From the NCBI RefSeq assembly GCF_006345805.1, contig NC_043019.1, forward strand, positions 22,815,360-22,879,359: a stretch of DNA of 64,000 nucleotides, in the 5' to 3' direction. A model generated the notes under the pieces. It did no database searches and had not been told where the DNA came from. It worked only from the letters and a program-made list of their open reading frames with translations. This stretch comes from Octopus sinensis. Taxonomy: Eukaryota. The position numbers were made by a program, and so were the translations under genes. Position 1 is the first letter of the stretch. The number at the start of each line of letters is the position of its first letter. Positions 50,305 to 63,911 of this stretch are shown in pieces.

Positions 50305-50650
50305 AAGGCACATGGCTCAGTGGTTAGGGCATCCAGCTCACAATCATGAGGTAGTGAGTTCAATTCTCAGACCAAGCTGTGTGTTGTGTTCTTGAGCAAG
50401 ACACTTTATTTCATGCTGCTCCAGTTCACTCAGCTGTAGAAATGAGTTGCGACATTACTGGTGCCAAGCTGTATCAGCCGTTGCTTTTCCTTGGATAACA
50501 TCAGTGGTGTGGAGAGGGGAGGCTGGTATGCATGGGTGAGTGCAGGTCTTCTATAAACCTTGTCCGGACTTGTGCCTCAGGGGGTGACTTTTTAGGTGTG
50601 ATCCCATGGTCATTCATGACTGAAGGAGGTCTTCACCCTCTACCCTTCTT
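50305..50650 (+). mobile_element. Family E SINE
   Basis: TGGCTCAGTGGTTAG A box, GAGTTCAATTC B box and TTCTTGAGCAAGACACTTTATTTC motif. Confidence 0.8.
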
Positions 50651-50943
50651 TATTGATAAAAACATACACATTCATAAACATAGATAAGTACATACAAACA
50701 TCTACACAAGCACATATACACAAACTCATAACCACATGTACATATACAAAACAAAAATCACATACACACACACAAGCACAACTTTATATACATACAAAAT
50801 CAAAAATGCACAACACACACAATTTACAATTTCCCATACTTGCATATACACACATATAAAAATCAAACAATTTCATACAGATACAAAAAAATCATATCTT
50901 CATACATGCATATATACATACATACATATATTCAATACATATA

Positions 50944-51327
50944 TACTCTTTTACTTGTTTCAGTCATTTGACAGTGGACATGCTGGAGCACCGCCTTTAG
51001 TCGAGCAAATTGACCCCAGGACTTATTCTTTGTAAGCCTAGTGCTTATTCTATCAGTCTCTTTTGCCGAACAGCTAAGTTACAGGGACGTAAACACACCA
51101 GCATCAGTTGTCAAACGATGTTGGCGGGGATAAACACAGACACACAAACATATATACATACATACGATGGGCTTCTTTCAGTTTCTGTCAAACAAATCCA
51201 CTCACAAGGCTTTGGTTGGCCCGAGGCTATAGTAGAAGACACTTGTCCAAGGTGTCTGGCAGTGGGACTGGACCTGGAACCATGTGGTTGGTAAGCAAGC
51301 TACTTACCACAAAGCCACTCCTATGCC
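50944..51327 (-). mobile_element. Family B SINE
   Basis: Family B match; an oppositely oriented copy lies at 52017-52470. Confidence 0.82.
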
Positions 51328-52864
51328 TATACATACAATATCATGCACACATACACAACTTCATACATACATACATACATACATACATAAATATATGGAA
51401 ACAATATCACACAGACACACAGCTTCACACACATATACAAACACACACAGTTTTATAAAATGTAAAAGAAACGTTTTCAAACACACACAACGCTCAAACA
51501 AACAAAAACACACTGTAAAACACACACACACATTGCAGTTATTTATCTGCTTCGCTAGTTACCACATAACTAACTGCACTAAGATACCAGCTCCACCATC
51601 ACCAACGCCGCCATGCAACCACTGCCACTGCCACTACCATGCAACTACTAAACAGTGTCTTTTCTGAGGTTAACAGAGGAGAGGGAAGAGAAGTGTGCAG
51701 TAGGAGCAGCATGGCAGTGGATTCTGGATAAGTGCAGTGGTGGTGGTGGTAGTGGTGGTGGCAGCGGTGTAGTTTCAACATTTCATACATTCTCCACTGA
51801 TGACAGCAGACATTACAGTTGTCAGACATGACAGAATAAGGGACAGACAGACAGACAGACGGACAGACAGGATGGCTAGCAAGCTTGGTCCCTTTGGAAA
51901 TATTCAGCTGCTAACTCCCACTATTAACTTACACAGATATTGTATTATCGGGGACCATGCAAAAAAAAAAAAAAAGCCTCAATATATGGTCATGGAACTT
52001 GCTAGAAATAACAGCCAGGTGCAGGGGTGGCTGTGTGGTAAAAAGCTTGTTCCCCCCCCCCCCGACCATGTGGTTCCTGTTTCAGTCCTACTGTCTGACA
52101 CATTGGGCAAATGTCTTCTACTATAGCCTCAGGTTTACCAAAGCCTTGTGAGTAGATTTGGTAGACAGAATCTGAAAGAAGCCCGTTGTATGTGTGTATA
52201 TGCATGTGTGTGTATGCATGCATGTTTTTGTGTGTGTGTGTATGTGGATATTTACGTGAGTGTTTCTTTGCATCTGTGTTTGTTCCCCCACCATTGCTTA
52301 ACACCCAGTATTGGCATGTTTGCGCCCCCCATAACTTAGCAGTTTGGCAAAAGAAACTGACAGAATAAGTACTCGGCTCAGAAATAAAAATAAGTCTTTG
52401 GGTCACTATATTTGGCCAAACCCCTGCAAGGCAATGCTCCAGCATGGCCACAGTCAAATGAGTGAAACAAAAAACATGTAAGATTAATTAATTATCCACA
52501 TTGTTTTGAATTAATCATGGATTATCTTGTAGCTTAAGATTTCAGTGATGTGGTTGTATATTTTTAGAATGACATTACAGGAAATGTGTGAAAGTATAGA
52601 TCTGGTCAGTTTGAATATAAAACAGGTAGAACATTTGGGCTGGGTAAGGCTAATTTAAATTCTAAAGGGTTAAACATAATAGTCCAGGCAAAAAAAAAGA
52701 AGACAGTTTTGGTCATGGTTGGAACCCCTTTGACTGTAGGTCGCTTGACTAGGGACTAAACAAACAACATTTAGAAATACATTCAACTTGTGGCCCCAAA
52801 GATCTGAAAAATGGAGTTGTTGAATGTGATAATATATCAACAGGAAAGTTCTTCTCATGTTCTT

Positions 52865-53401
52865 TCATTCACTGGTTTGGACAATAGGCATGCTGGAGTT
52901 GAGCTCATGTGGTGCAAAGGAGCGAAGAGAAAAGATTAATTCCTGTTCATGGTAAAGGCGTGAGTCTGGATGGCCCCTGTGCAAAGAGAGTCTGAACACA
53001 AACAGCTGTTGTAGTGAATGCCTGGTAAAGCAGAAATGGCATAAGACCAGAGTGTCATTGCCAAGTCTGATGTCGTGGAGGTGCCCCGCAAACCAGTCAG
53101 CCAAGTGACATCCTGTTTGACCGATGTACAGGGAAGGGCAGAAAGAGCAGGAAATGCAGTAAATGACATTGCTGGAAGTGCAGGTAAAGGAGTTGGTGAT
53201 GTTATATGAGTGATGATAGATGCCTGTGAGGATGGTGGTGTTAGAGAGGTAGAGGTGGTGTTGGAGAGGTACAGCAGCATGGGTGGGAGCAAGGGAACGA
53301 GCCAGGCTGGGAGGTGAAGTTAGGGAAGAAATTGTGGACCAGGAGGTCAGACAGGTTGTGGGCTTGTTTGAAGGAGGGAAGGGGTAGGTTGGAGAAGACA
53401 T
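52865..53401 (-). mobile_element. Penelope-like element fragment encoding a decayed GIY-YIG endonuclease
   Basis: FTCTSSNVIYCISCSFCPSLYIGQTG.HL..WFAGH...HF...R..HEQELIFSLRSFAPHELN: VIY-YIG motif with Cys residues as in Neptune-type Penelope elements; the conserved Arg positions are degraded. Confidence 0.9.
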
Positions 53402-53940
53402 GCAAGGTGGAGGGGTTGCACTGGAGTCACTGGAAGTCTCGGAGAATGGTGCACTGGAGGAGCTAGTATTGCACTTAGGCCATGCTCATGTGTTTCTATT
53501 TCACTTTCTATGGCGCATTCATCATAAATGATGGTATGCTATGGTGAAATGCATCACAGTTATAATTACTTGGAGGGCAATTTGAACTTGGAAATGTGAA
53601 ATTAGGCAAACCAAATAATACAAAGCATTTTTTTATCCGATGCTCTACTGATTATCTGATTCTGTCATCAGTCTGAATAGTTAATTTGGATGTGAGGAAG
53701 AGATCAATGGCGACTGAAATGTACTTTTATGTGTGTGTGTGTGTACGTGCGCATGTGTTTTGGGTAAAGAGAGAGAGAAAGAGACAGACAGACAGACAAA
53801 AAGAGAAGTGTAATAAAGATGGAATTTCAATATAAATGCCAGTATTCACTTAATGTAACAAAAAGCTAATGACAGCTCTCTTAAGAAGCCACATTTTCTT
53901 TTTTGTGAGTGGACTTCATAGACAAACAAAAAGAAGCCGG

Positions 53941-53985
<45 letters not shown>

Positions 53986-54245
53986 TGTGCGAGTATGTGT
54001 GTGTATGGTTGTGTCCTGTTTTTGATATTGTGTGATTGTTGTAAATGGTTGTCATACAGGGTTGCATCAGTCACTTCCAATATTCTGAGGAAATATTACC
54101 ATGTTTGGAATACAAGTAAGTGTTGGTGACAGGAAGGGCATTCAACCCAAGAAAATTTGCCTCTAATCAGGAAGTGGACATTAAAATGATGGTGACAACA
54201 GTGATGGCAATCTTCCTTTTTAACCGTTAAGCATTTAGATTATTC

Positions 54246-54686
54246 GGATCTTTTCGGTTTGAACAGTAGTTTTTTCTAGCGGTGTCATATGAAATTGTCA
54301 CCCATAATTATGACCCTAGTATCGATCTATTGCATTTCAATCTATTTTAGGGTTAGGGGTTAGAGTTAGGGTTAGTTAGGGTTAGGGGTGGGGAGAAGGG
54401 TATCTTTTTTTCTTCAGAAATGTAAATAAACCCAGTCTGTTTCATAAACGAGGGACATTTTCATATGGCAAAGAATGTTTTCACCTCAATAGACGTCATT
54501 GATTGGTTGAAATTGCAAAAATTGATGAAAAAAAAACAACAAATATCTTATAAACTATAGAATTTTCTCAATAAGGCCAAGAGAAAAAGATGTTTTATAA
54601 ACACATTCTACCAGTATACGAAGTTTAAAAGTGTTTAGTTATGTGGAAATTATTTTAAAAAACTGCCGTTCAAACCGAAAAGATCC
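54246..54686 (+). mobile_element. Merlin-like MITE carrying TTAGGG repeats (copy 1), nested in a piggyBac MITE
   Basis: TIR GGATCTTTTCGGTTTGAAC/GTTCAAACCGAAAAGATCC; exact 8-bp TSD GATTATTC; GG termini with an 8-bp TSD fit Merlin. Confidence 0.85.
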
Positions 54687-55230
54687 GATTATTCTGTCAA
54701 ATGTGATGCTTGCTTATTCACCTTGTTTTGAATTAATCATCTCATAATTTCAAGATTTCAAATAATGTAATTGTTTATTTCTAGAACGACACTGTAGGGT
54801 GGGTGTGAGAAGCCAAATGTGCCCAGTTTGAACATAAAACAGGTAGAAAACTTGGGCTAGATAAGGCCGGTTCAAACACTAATGGTTTAAAGAATAGATT
54901 GCAGAATTTTTGACAGCTATTTCTAGCAAGTTAAACAACAAACCACGTAGGGATCCCTTTGTTAGCAGTGAAAACATTGTCGATAGTGTTGGTGATTGAT
55001 GCTGGTACCTGTATAGTGGGAGGATGTTATTTAGCTCTGACCCAGGAGATAACCTATGACCAAAGGTGTTCCAGCAATGACCACCTCATCCTTTTTATCT
55101 TCCTATATTTAACATTTTAGCATTTAAAGCAGCCATATACGGTCCAAATATTCTCTGCTTGTTTTATTTTCAACCCAGATCTGGGCCCTCATACCTACCC
55201 TACAATGTTGATCTAAACGTAAACAATCAC

Positions 55231-55444
55231 GGCGAGCTGGTAGAATCGTTAGCACGCCGGGCGAAATGCTTAGCAGTATTTCGTCTGCGGTTACGTTCTG
55301 GGTTCAAATTCCGCCGAGGTCGACTTTGCCTTTCATCCTTTCGGGGTTGATTAAATAAGTACCAGTTACGCACTGGGGTCAATATAATCGACTTAATCCG
55401 TTTGTCCCCTCTGTGTTTAGCCCCTTGTGGGTAGTAAAGAAATA
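55231..55444 (+). mobile_element. Family A SINE nested in a piggyBac MITE (~55110-55517)
   Basis: 12-bp TSD GTAAACAATCAC at 55219-55230 and 55445-55456. Confidence 0.88.
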
Positions 55445-56385
55445 GTAAACAATCACATCATAATCTTGAAACTATAAGCATTACATTTGACAGAGTAATC
55501 TGAATGCTAGAGGGTTAAAGACTAGGATGTCTGCTCTGTGAAAGATATAACTGCTATTTCTAGCAGATGGAGCAATAGCCATAGTCTCTCCCTGTTTTTT
55601 TTGCTTGACTACTGGGTAAGCTAAGAGAAGCTATAGTGATGGTGGTGGTGGTAGCGAGATAGGGCTGCCAGTAGCTGCAAAAGGGTAGATCTGTGTATAC
55701 AAGGTAGTCACTTTATGTGCAGGGAAAGGGAGGTGGAAATAGAATTGAGGCTAAGGGGACGGGCAAAGGTCAGAGACGAGAGTGGAAGGCAGGTCAGGGT
55801 AGTGGGAGGAGATGGGACAGACAAGGATTTATTTTGGAAGTAAATCCCTGGCTGCTGATGTGTCAACTGGTGGAAAGTAAATGGATGGCGGCGGGGGGGG
55901 GATTGAGAGAAGTGCGGGGGGGGAACAAGAGGATGAGAAAAGGGAGAAGAGAAAAGGGGAGGGTGAGAAAAATTGATGGTGCTGTGACGGGGGATGGAGG
56001 AGGAGGACAGAGTTAGCAGAAGTGCAGAATTGTTTACCCTCCCACCTTTGTTGACTACAAGGAAAAGGGGATGGCTAGGTGTGGAAGAGGAAGGAGGGGC
56101 AGAAGGGGACAGAAAGACCGAAACACAGATGGACGGACGGACGGACAGACATACAGACTGGGAACTTGTCAAAACATCCTTTATGAGTGAGTCGGTGTGA
56201 CTCAAGCATCAGGCGTCTGAATTATGACTGGCACTCCACGTACCACTGCACTCACCACTCCACTCCACTCATCCTCGTACACATTGGAGTTGTGGTGGTG
56301 GTGGTTGTTCTTGTTGGTGGGCGGTGGTGATGAGGGATTTCAAATTACGTCTCTGCATTGCTGGAAAACGAAACGAGATAGTCGT

Positions 56386-56544
56386 ATGTACGTACGTACG
56401 TACGTACGTACGTATGTTTATGTACGTACGTACGTAGGTTTATGTACGTACGTACGTAGGTTTATGTACGTACGTACGTAGGTTTATGTACGTACGTACG
56501 TAGGTTTATGTACGTACGTACGTAGGTTTATGTACGTACGTACG
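56386..56544. repeat. 22-bp minisatellite TACGTACGTACGTAGGTTTATG built on (TACG)n
   Basis: Five perfect units at 56423-56532 plus variant and partial flanking units. Confidence 0.95.
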
Positions 56545-56737
56545 AATCTATGTGTATGTGTGAACAGGAGGATGGAGGGTATCAGATTTTAATAGCAGAT
56601 CACATTTGTTTCCCCCAGTTATGAGTTGCTGAGTTTATTATATTCAAAGACCAATTATACAAGATCATTCTTTATAATTACTAAGTGGTTGAATAATATT
56701 ATATTATATTATATATAAAAAAAATATTAAAAATATG

Positions 56738-56785
<48 letters not shown>

Positions 56786-56816
56786 AAGCTATTTATCTCG
56801 GCTTCCGTCGTCACCT

Positions 56817-56854
<38 letters not shown>

Positions 56855-57381
56855 TGATGACGGAAGCGGAGACAAATGGCTTTTTTTTGACCGGTGTGGT
56901 GATGATGGAGGTGGTGGTGAGAGATACCGGTACAAAAAAAAGCCTGACAGAACAGAGGAAAAACTTCAATGGTGTTATAACACACCACCACCACCAACTC
57001 CACCCTTCCTTCTACCTACCCATGAACTAGTTCCATAACTAACACCCTTAATGCATCCATCACTGGACCAAACCCATGCCCCTTCTTCCTCATAACACAC
57101 GTCTTACCCATCCACACACATATATATATATATATGTATTATGGCGCTGTGATGTGGATGCGGAGGAAGGAGTGAAGTGGCTGGAAGGGAAAGTGTTGGA
57201 AATAAGGCCTCCGAACAACATCAAACGGCATTTTTCTTTCCTTCCACCTCTACCACCACGACTGAAACAAAAAATCCTTTCCACTCCACCCCTAGCCTAT
57301 CATTCATTCACTCAGTTCAGTTGTCACAGGCAAGAGAAGAATTAGACAAATAGATAGGCACACACACACACACATATATAT

Positions 57382-57414
<33 letters not shown>

Positions 57415-60400
57415 CGGACGGACAGACAGACAAACTGACAGACAGACAGAGTGAGAGACAGACAGAGTGAGAGACAGACAGACAGATAACAGATGAAGAG
57501 AGATACTGTGGTGGTGAAGCCCGGCCGGTACTTCAAAAAGAAATTGCATGCTTCTCATGCTCTGAATATCACACCTCCTCCCTTTTCTATAGGATACCTC
57601 TTCCTATCACTGACTCGCAGTCAGGCATATCAGGACGGGAGGGGAGATGAGGGGGATAGAGAACGGGGGAGGAGAAGTAGGAGGTGAAGAAGGGTTGTAT
57701 AAATAAGGAGAACTAGTAGCTGTGGTAGTAGCGGTGGTGGTGGTGGTGGTGTTAGTGATGGCGATGGTAGCGTTGCTGGATAATGTTAGTATGATGCGAA
57801 GGGATGGAACGGAACGGAAGGAATGATGACTTGTAAGGAATAGCGTAGCCATAGCCTTCTGCCAGGCGGCCCCGGTTTAACCAACCATTTAGCCAAATAA
57901 GCACGTGCTTAGGGCACCTCAAAGATCCCTACCCCCCATAACCTAGTGCCAGTTTACTGCGGAGCTAATGGTGCAGTGGAACCAAAGCCACACACAAAAT
58001 GTTGACGCTATGCGTTTTCTTTTGTTTCCTGTTGTTCTTTGAAAATTTCGTTCCTTACAATTCTGCTGATAATTATTATTGTTTCTACTTCAGGCACAAA
58101 TCCTGAAACTGCACTCGATTACATCAAACCCACTGCTAGACTGCTACTTATTTTATCAAACCTGAAAGGATGAAAAGACAAAGTTGACCCCAGCAAGGCA
58201 TTTTTCTCCAATCTTCTAACCTAGTGATTTTCAACCATTTTCTTTTTTTTTTTTTTTTCACCTATGGGCCCCCTTTGATTCCTATTTTACTTCTGGAAGG
58301 AAACCTCCACAGTCATTTTTATAATTAAATATTAAGCTGTGTCTGGGGAGAGTCATTCTCTTTTGGTGCCTTATAATCCAAAAACAAAATAAATATTAAG
58401 CATTGTTTTAAAAAAGTTCTTGAAATATTTTGCTTTGTAGAAGTATAACCAATTTATTGCAGGTAAATTTTAACAACAAAATCTTATGTGGATCCCCAAA
58501 GGTCGTGTGGACCCCGGTTGAGAACTAACCATTCTACCATTCTAATCATTCTACCAGTTGTCTCTGATATAAATTAGGTACAAGACCTGGATCTTTTCTG
58601 TTTGGATTTCACTTTTCAATTCGTTCAATTTTGTTCCAATTAATTTCAAATTTGGTATTGATGTAATTTTGTATGCTAATTATAGAAACGAAATTCATTT
58701 TTTCTTGAAACTAAAAAGTTAATAGCTTTTAAAGTTTGCAAATTTTGGGTAATTTTAGCCAATCAAAAGCCAAATATATATTAGTGTCTGTTTTCATACT
58801 AACAAACCAAACCGTTGTGTCGTCTGCTTATCCATCTGTTACGTTGTGTTTTCGTACTTTTGCCCGTCTGTTGCTGTCGTTGTGGGGTACGAGAACCTAA
58901 GACCTCGACAAGATTTGAACTCAGATATATAAAGAGGTGATACAAATACTGCAAATACTTTTTGTCTAATGCTTTAATGCCTTAATATTTATTCTTAATT
59001 GTTTTTAATTTAGGTACAAGACCAGAAACTTGGAGGATGGAAACAGTCAACTATATCCACCCCAGGAAGCTAAAAGACTAAGACGTCCTCAGCAGGATTT
59101 GAACTTAATATAAAGAGCCGGAACAAATACTGATTACAAAGCATTTTGCCCAACACACACACGATTCTGCTAATACATCACCTTAAGCTTGTTTCTCAAC
59201 CACATGGTTCCGGGTTTAGTATGGCACCTTGGGCAAATGTCTTCTACTATATATAACCTTTGGTTGACCAAAGCTTTGTGTGTGGATTTGGTAGATGGAA
59301 ACTGAAAGAAGCCCGTCTATATCTGTGTGTGTGTGTATTTGTACCCCACCACTGTTTGACAACCGGTGTTAGTGTGTTTACGTCCGTAACTTAGCGGTTC
59401 AGCAAAACAGAACCGACAGAATGAGTACCAGGCTTTAAAAAATGTACTGAGTTTGATTCATTCGACTAAAAATTTCTTCACTTCACACCAGTCTTTAAAA
59501 ACTGGTCACATTAGACAATGCCATTCTAGATATTTCTAAAACGTGAGAAAAGTCACGGCTGGAAAGCCTTTGATTGGATCTGCTCAATCGGGTCTGAACC
59601 AGGGGAACTAAAGCAACCACCGTCACCATCACATTTACAGTATACCACTAGCACCACCATCCTTGTCCCCTATTACCAATATTTCTTGTGGAATTGTGAT
59701 GGTGTTGGAATGGCAGTGAGGAATGAAAACAAAGAGAAACTGCCATATTTAATAATGATAATAGTGAAAAATAATTTAATAAAATTAAAATGGTTTTTAA
59801 ACCAGACCAACGCCATAGCGAAGAAAGAGAGAATTAAAACGGATACAAAGAGCATGTTTGTCTTCTCATTAAATAAAGGTGGGGGAGGCTAAAAAAAAAT
59901 TGTCATTAACATTTTGGCGAGCGGTGAAGGGGTAGCCATAACCATTCCCCCTCTCCACCACCACAATTGTGCGTTTATCCCCATCACCACCACCACCACC
60001 AACACATTTGTCCTCCTATCGCCTCTACCGCCACAGCCCCCCATCTTCTCCACGACATCGTTTCTAAGCCACCAGCAAATGTCCTCTCCTCTCATAAAAA
60101 CATCCGAAAGCCTTAATACGTCACGACCACAACCATCACCATCACTACTGTCGCCACCATCAATAATAAACTTCAAAAGGAATTCCTTTCGACTTTAATA
60201 AATAATAAAGAATGTACGCAGCCATCATCAAATACAATCTTCCTATCTCCGTGTCCCTGGCCTCGTTTCCACAACCACCGACACCACCACGGTCATGGCC
60301 ATCATGATTATCACTACTACCACTGTAAGTACGGCCATGATCACTGATGCGGCCGTTTTCACCACCACTACCACTATTGTAATCACGTTGAAAATCGATC

Positions 60401-60479
60401 TGCTAGAAATAGTAGCCAAAATTCCCTTAAACTTCTGACAACATTTACAAGTGAACAACTGGGACAAAATTTTTTTCTC

Positions 60480-60903
60480 GGATCTTTTCGGTTTGAACGG
60501 CAGTTTTTTCTAGCGGTGTCATATGAAATTGTCACCCATAATTATGACCCTAGTATCGATCTATTGCATTTCAATCTATGTTAGGGTTAGAGTTAGGGTT
60601 AGGGTTGGAGGAAGGGTATCTTTTTTTCTTCAGAAATGCAAATAAACCCAATCTGTTTCTTTAAACGAGGGACATATTCATACGGCACAGAATGTTTTCA
60701 CCTCAATAGACGTCATTGATTGGTTGAAATTGCAGAAATTGAAGAAAAGGAAACAACAAATATCTTACAAACTATAGAATTTTCTCAATAAAGCCAAGAG
60801 AAAAAGATGTTTTGTAAACACATTCTACCAGTATACGAAGTTTAAAAGTGTTTAGTTATGTGGAAATTATTTTTAAAAACTGCCGGTCAAACCGAAAATA
60901 TCC
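60480..60903 (+). mobile_element. Merlin-like TTAGGG MITE (copy 2)
   Basis: Same TIRs; 8-bp TSD TTTTTCTC. Confidence 0.85.
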
Positions 60904-62220
60904 TTTTTCTCTCTCTCACATACATACACACACGCTAGCCGCCTCGAGCCATCACTATACACAAGTGTTGTTTAGATCTGGGCTTAAGCTTGCAGATTCA
61001 AAAGTGTTCCAGTCGTGACCACCTCATCTTTTATTCATATACCGTTATCCTTAACTACATTAGTCTATGTGACCTTCATTTGTTTAAAATAAAATAAAAC
61101 GGTAGCATATCGTCAGAGCAGTCGTGTGGTTCCAGCCGTCACTATCTCGTTCGATGCATTGGATAAGTTCATAATTTTGAAAGAAAACTAATTGTGCTTC
61201 GTATATTAGCTGTTAATTGTTCGAAGTCTTCAATTACACATTCGATACACTTGAAGAAATTTAACAGTCATGCTTCACCCTACAGTTAACAAGGAATGTA
61301 ATTAAGACAATTTTTAGTTCAAATAGCACGGGATAGTCAGGGATGGTATGTTTTATCGTATCTAAACTAGACTCTTACTATCCACTAGTTTAACTTTTGT
61401 CAAAGTAAAAAATATTTTGACTACAATTGGGACCCAAGAAATGAACCAGCATAGAAAACATTATCTTTTAACTTTTGTTTCACGGGTTTGTGGCCAAACT
61501 GGGGCACTGCTGTGAAGGATTTTAGCCGAACACATCGATCCGAGTACTTAATTTTTAAAAGTCCGTTGATTATTCGCTCAAAGGGAATTCTCCCAAGATG
61601 CTGTGCAGTAGGACTGAAACTGAAACCTTATGGTTGCAAAGCTAGCTTCGTAACCACACACAAATATTAAAAAGAAAAATTTTTTAAAGGCGAGATGGTC
61701 AAGGTAAGAACGCCTTTGATTATAGAGTCGGTGATGAGAGCTGAGCTGAAGCTAAATTGAGGGGAGGGTGCCCCATCATCATTGTTGTCGCTGCTGTTGC
61801 ATTCAACAGATGTAGCATATGCCCACATTGCCCTCTACTCATACATCACGGCTTTCATAATACAATGTTGCCACGTGGTCGGCCATTAACCCTGCTCACA
61901 CCACCTCCGGTAGTGAGATTAGAATCCCTAGGCAGAATCCGAGCCGAAACAAATAGCGCAAGACATCCCTGTCCGACACTGACAATTTACCCTAATCCAC
62001 TGCCCTTGAATAGTACTTTATTTTATGGACCCCCAAAAGGATAAAAAGCGGAAGTTGATCCCAAGATGATTTGAATTCAGGGTGCACAGAACTGGAAATA
62101 AATATTGGTTTCAAATTCTTGTACAAAGCCAGTAGTTGTACCGAACCCCAGTGCTCGACTGGTACTTACTTTATCGACCCCAGAAGGATGAACTCAGACA
62201 GTAAAGACGGGCGAAATACC

Positions 62221-62452
62221 TATTTCTTTACAACCCACAAGGGGCTAAACACAGAGAGGACAAACAAGAGCAGACAAAGGGATTAAGTCGATTATATCGA
62301 CCCCAGTGCGTAACTGGTACTTATTTAATCGACCCCGAAAGGATGAAAGGCAAAGTCGACCTCGGCGGAATTTGAACTCAGAACGTAGCGGCAGACGAAA
62401 TACCGCTAAGCATTTCGCCCGGCTTACTAACGTTTCTGCCAGCTCGCCGCCT
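62221..62452 (-). mobile_element. Family A SINE (young) joined at its tail to a degenerate second body
   Basis: Junction GAAATACCTATTTC at 62213-62226. Confidence 0.85.
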
Positions 62453-62713
62453 TAGAACAGGAAATAAATATTGCAAAATATTTCTATCCGACGCTCTTCA
62501 CGACTCTGTTAATCCGCCGATGGCAGGAAAAGTATAGCCTCGCTCGAGACACACTACCGCCCCTCGCCTCACTCAAGCAACGCAACAGGGTTTTGAACTA
62601 TATGACAAATACAAACTTAAAGGTCCTGTATGGAGAGATATCACAGCAGCACACACATACGATTAGTTTTACTGTTTAAATTAATCATTGTTGCTATCAC
62701 GACAATGTAAACA

Positions 62714-62727
62714 TTTTGGCGCGAAAA
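62714..62727. promoter_or_regulatory. Candidate E2F site TTTTGGCGCGAAAA
   Basis: The reverse complement contains TTTCGCGCCAAA, the classical overlapping E2F site; it lies in CpG-retaining unique sequence with TTTGAA ~30 bp downstream. Function is unverified. Confidence 0.35.
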
Positions 62728-63188
62728 ATTCATTTAGTTTCCGCCATTAGTGATAAATTTGAAACGTTCTGAATATTTTTACACACACACATATACACGG
62801 ATAGCTGTCTAAGAATCCATAAGTTAGAAAAAAAATTGCGAGAAAGGTAATTTGGAGAATGAGGCTGAAAGGATTAAAGTCAGGCACTTTCATCTCTGGC
62901 CCTGGATTGGTGAATTACTTCACCTTTCACCTTAAAAGGAAAATAGGGCTACAGAGAAAATGCCTGACTGTGAAGATGTTTGAAAATCGATGGAAGAATG
63001 TAGCACGGATGTTGCGTATGGATGTAACCTCGTGAATGCGACACAGGATGTATCTCGGGCATCAGTGGCGAGGCGGGGCTCGTGGGGTTCGAATTAAACC
63101 CGCTCCCCACTCCGTCTGTAATGTCTTCCGGTCTGTCCTAGCATTCGATTTTATATTTTAATTTTTGTCAACTTTTTAATGCCATTTT

Positions 63189-63603
63189 GGATCTTTTCGG
63201 TTTGAACGGCAGTTTTTTCTAGCGGTGTCATATGAAATTGTCACCCATAATTATGACCCTAGTATCGATCTATTGCATTTCAATCTGTTTTAGGGTTAGG
63301 GTTAGGGGGAAAGGTATCTTTTTTTCTTCACAAATGTAAATCAACCCAATCTGTTTCTTAAACGAGGGACATATTCATACGGCACAGAATGGGGTTTTTT
63401 TACTTCAATAGACGTCATTGATTAGTTGAAATTGCAGAAATTGAAGAAAAAAACAACAAATATCTTACAAACTATAGAATTTTCTCAATAAAGCCAAGAG
63501 AAAAAGATGTTTTATAAACACATTCTACCAGTACACGAAGTTTAAAAGTGTTTAGTTACGTGGAAATTATTTTTAAAAACTGCCGTTAAAACCGAAAAGA
63601 TCC
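63189..63603 (+). mobile_element. Merlin-like TTAGGG MITE (copy 3)
   Basis: Same TIRs; 8-bp TSD GCCATTTT. Confidence 0.85.
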
Positions 63604-63911
63604 GCCATTTTTTGTATAATCATTCGTTCAGTTTATATTGTCCCCTATTTGTTAGCCCCTTGTGGGTAATAAAAAAAAAATCATCTCTTCGCTCGCGTTG
63701 GCGCTCACGTTGAACAACACTGCAACCTAGCAGCTCACAGCGGATTCTTAACCCGCTCTAACTTTACCCGTTATCTCCAGAGGTAATGTACCTCTCGCGA
63801 ACGGAGCTAACGAACTACGCGCTGACATAGAGATGGTCGCCGGGAGCAAACCCCATGAAATGAGAACCAAATAAACAACCACTGAATTGCACTCGCTTGT
63901 AAGCCTCTTTT

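Noticed and set aside
51883-51960. TTGGTCCC (miR-133-like) with a distant GGGACCA complement
   Set aside because: The remainder does not match miR-133 and the stem is only ~10 bp around a long unpaired loop.
54347-54387. TTAGGG tract as a telomere or chromosome-fusion scar
   Set aside because: It is internal to a TSD-flanked MITE present in several copies.
57898-57911. 14-bp palindrome TAAGCACGTGCTTA containing an E-box
   Set aside because: Short and possibly part of a decayed DNA-transposon end; no independent support for function.
63885-63906. AATTGCACTCG, resembling the miR-92 5' end
   Set aside because: It diverges after 11 nt and has no complementary arm.
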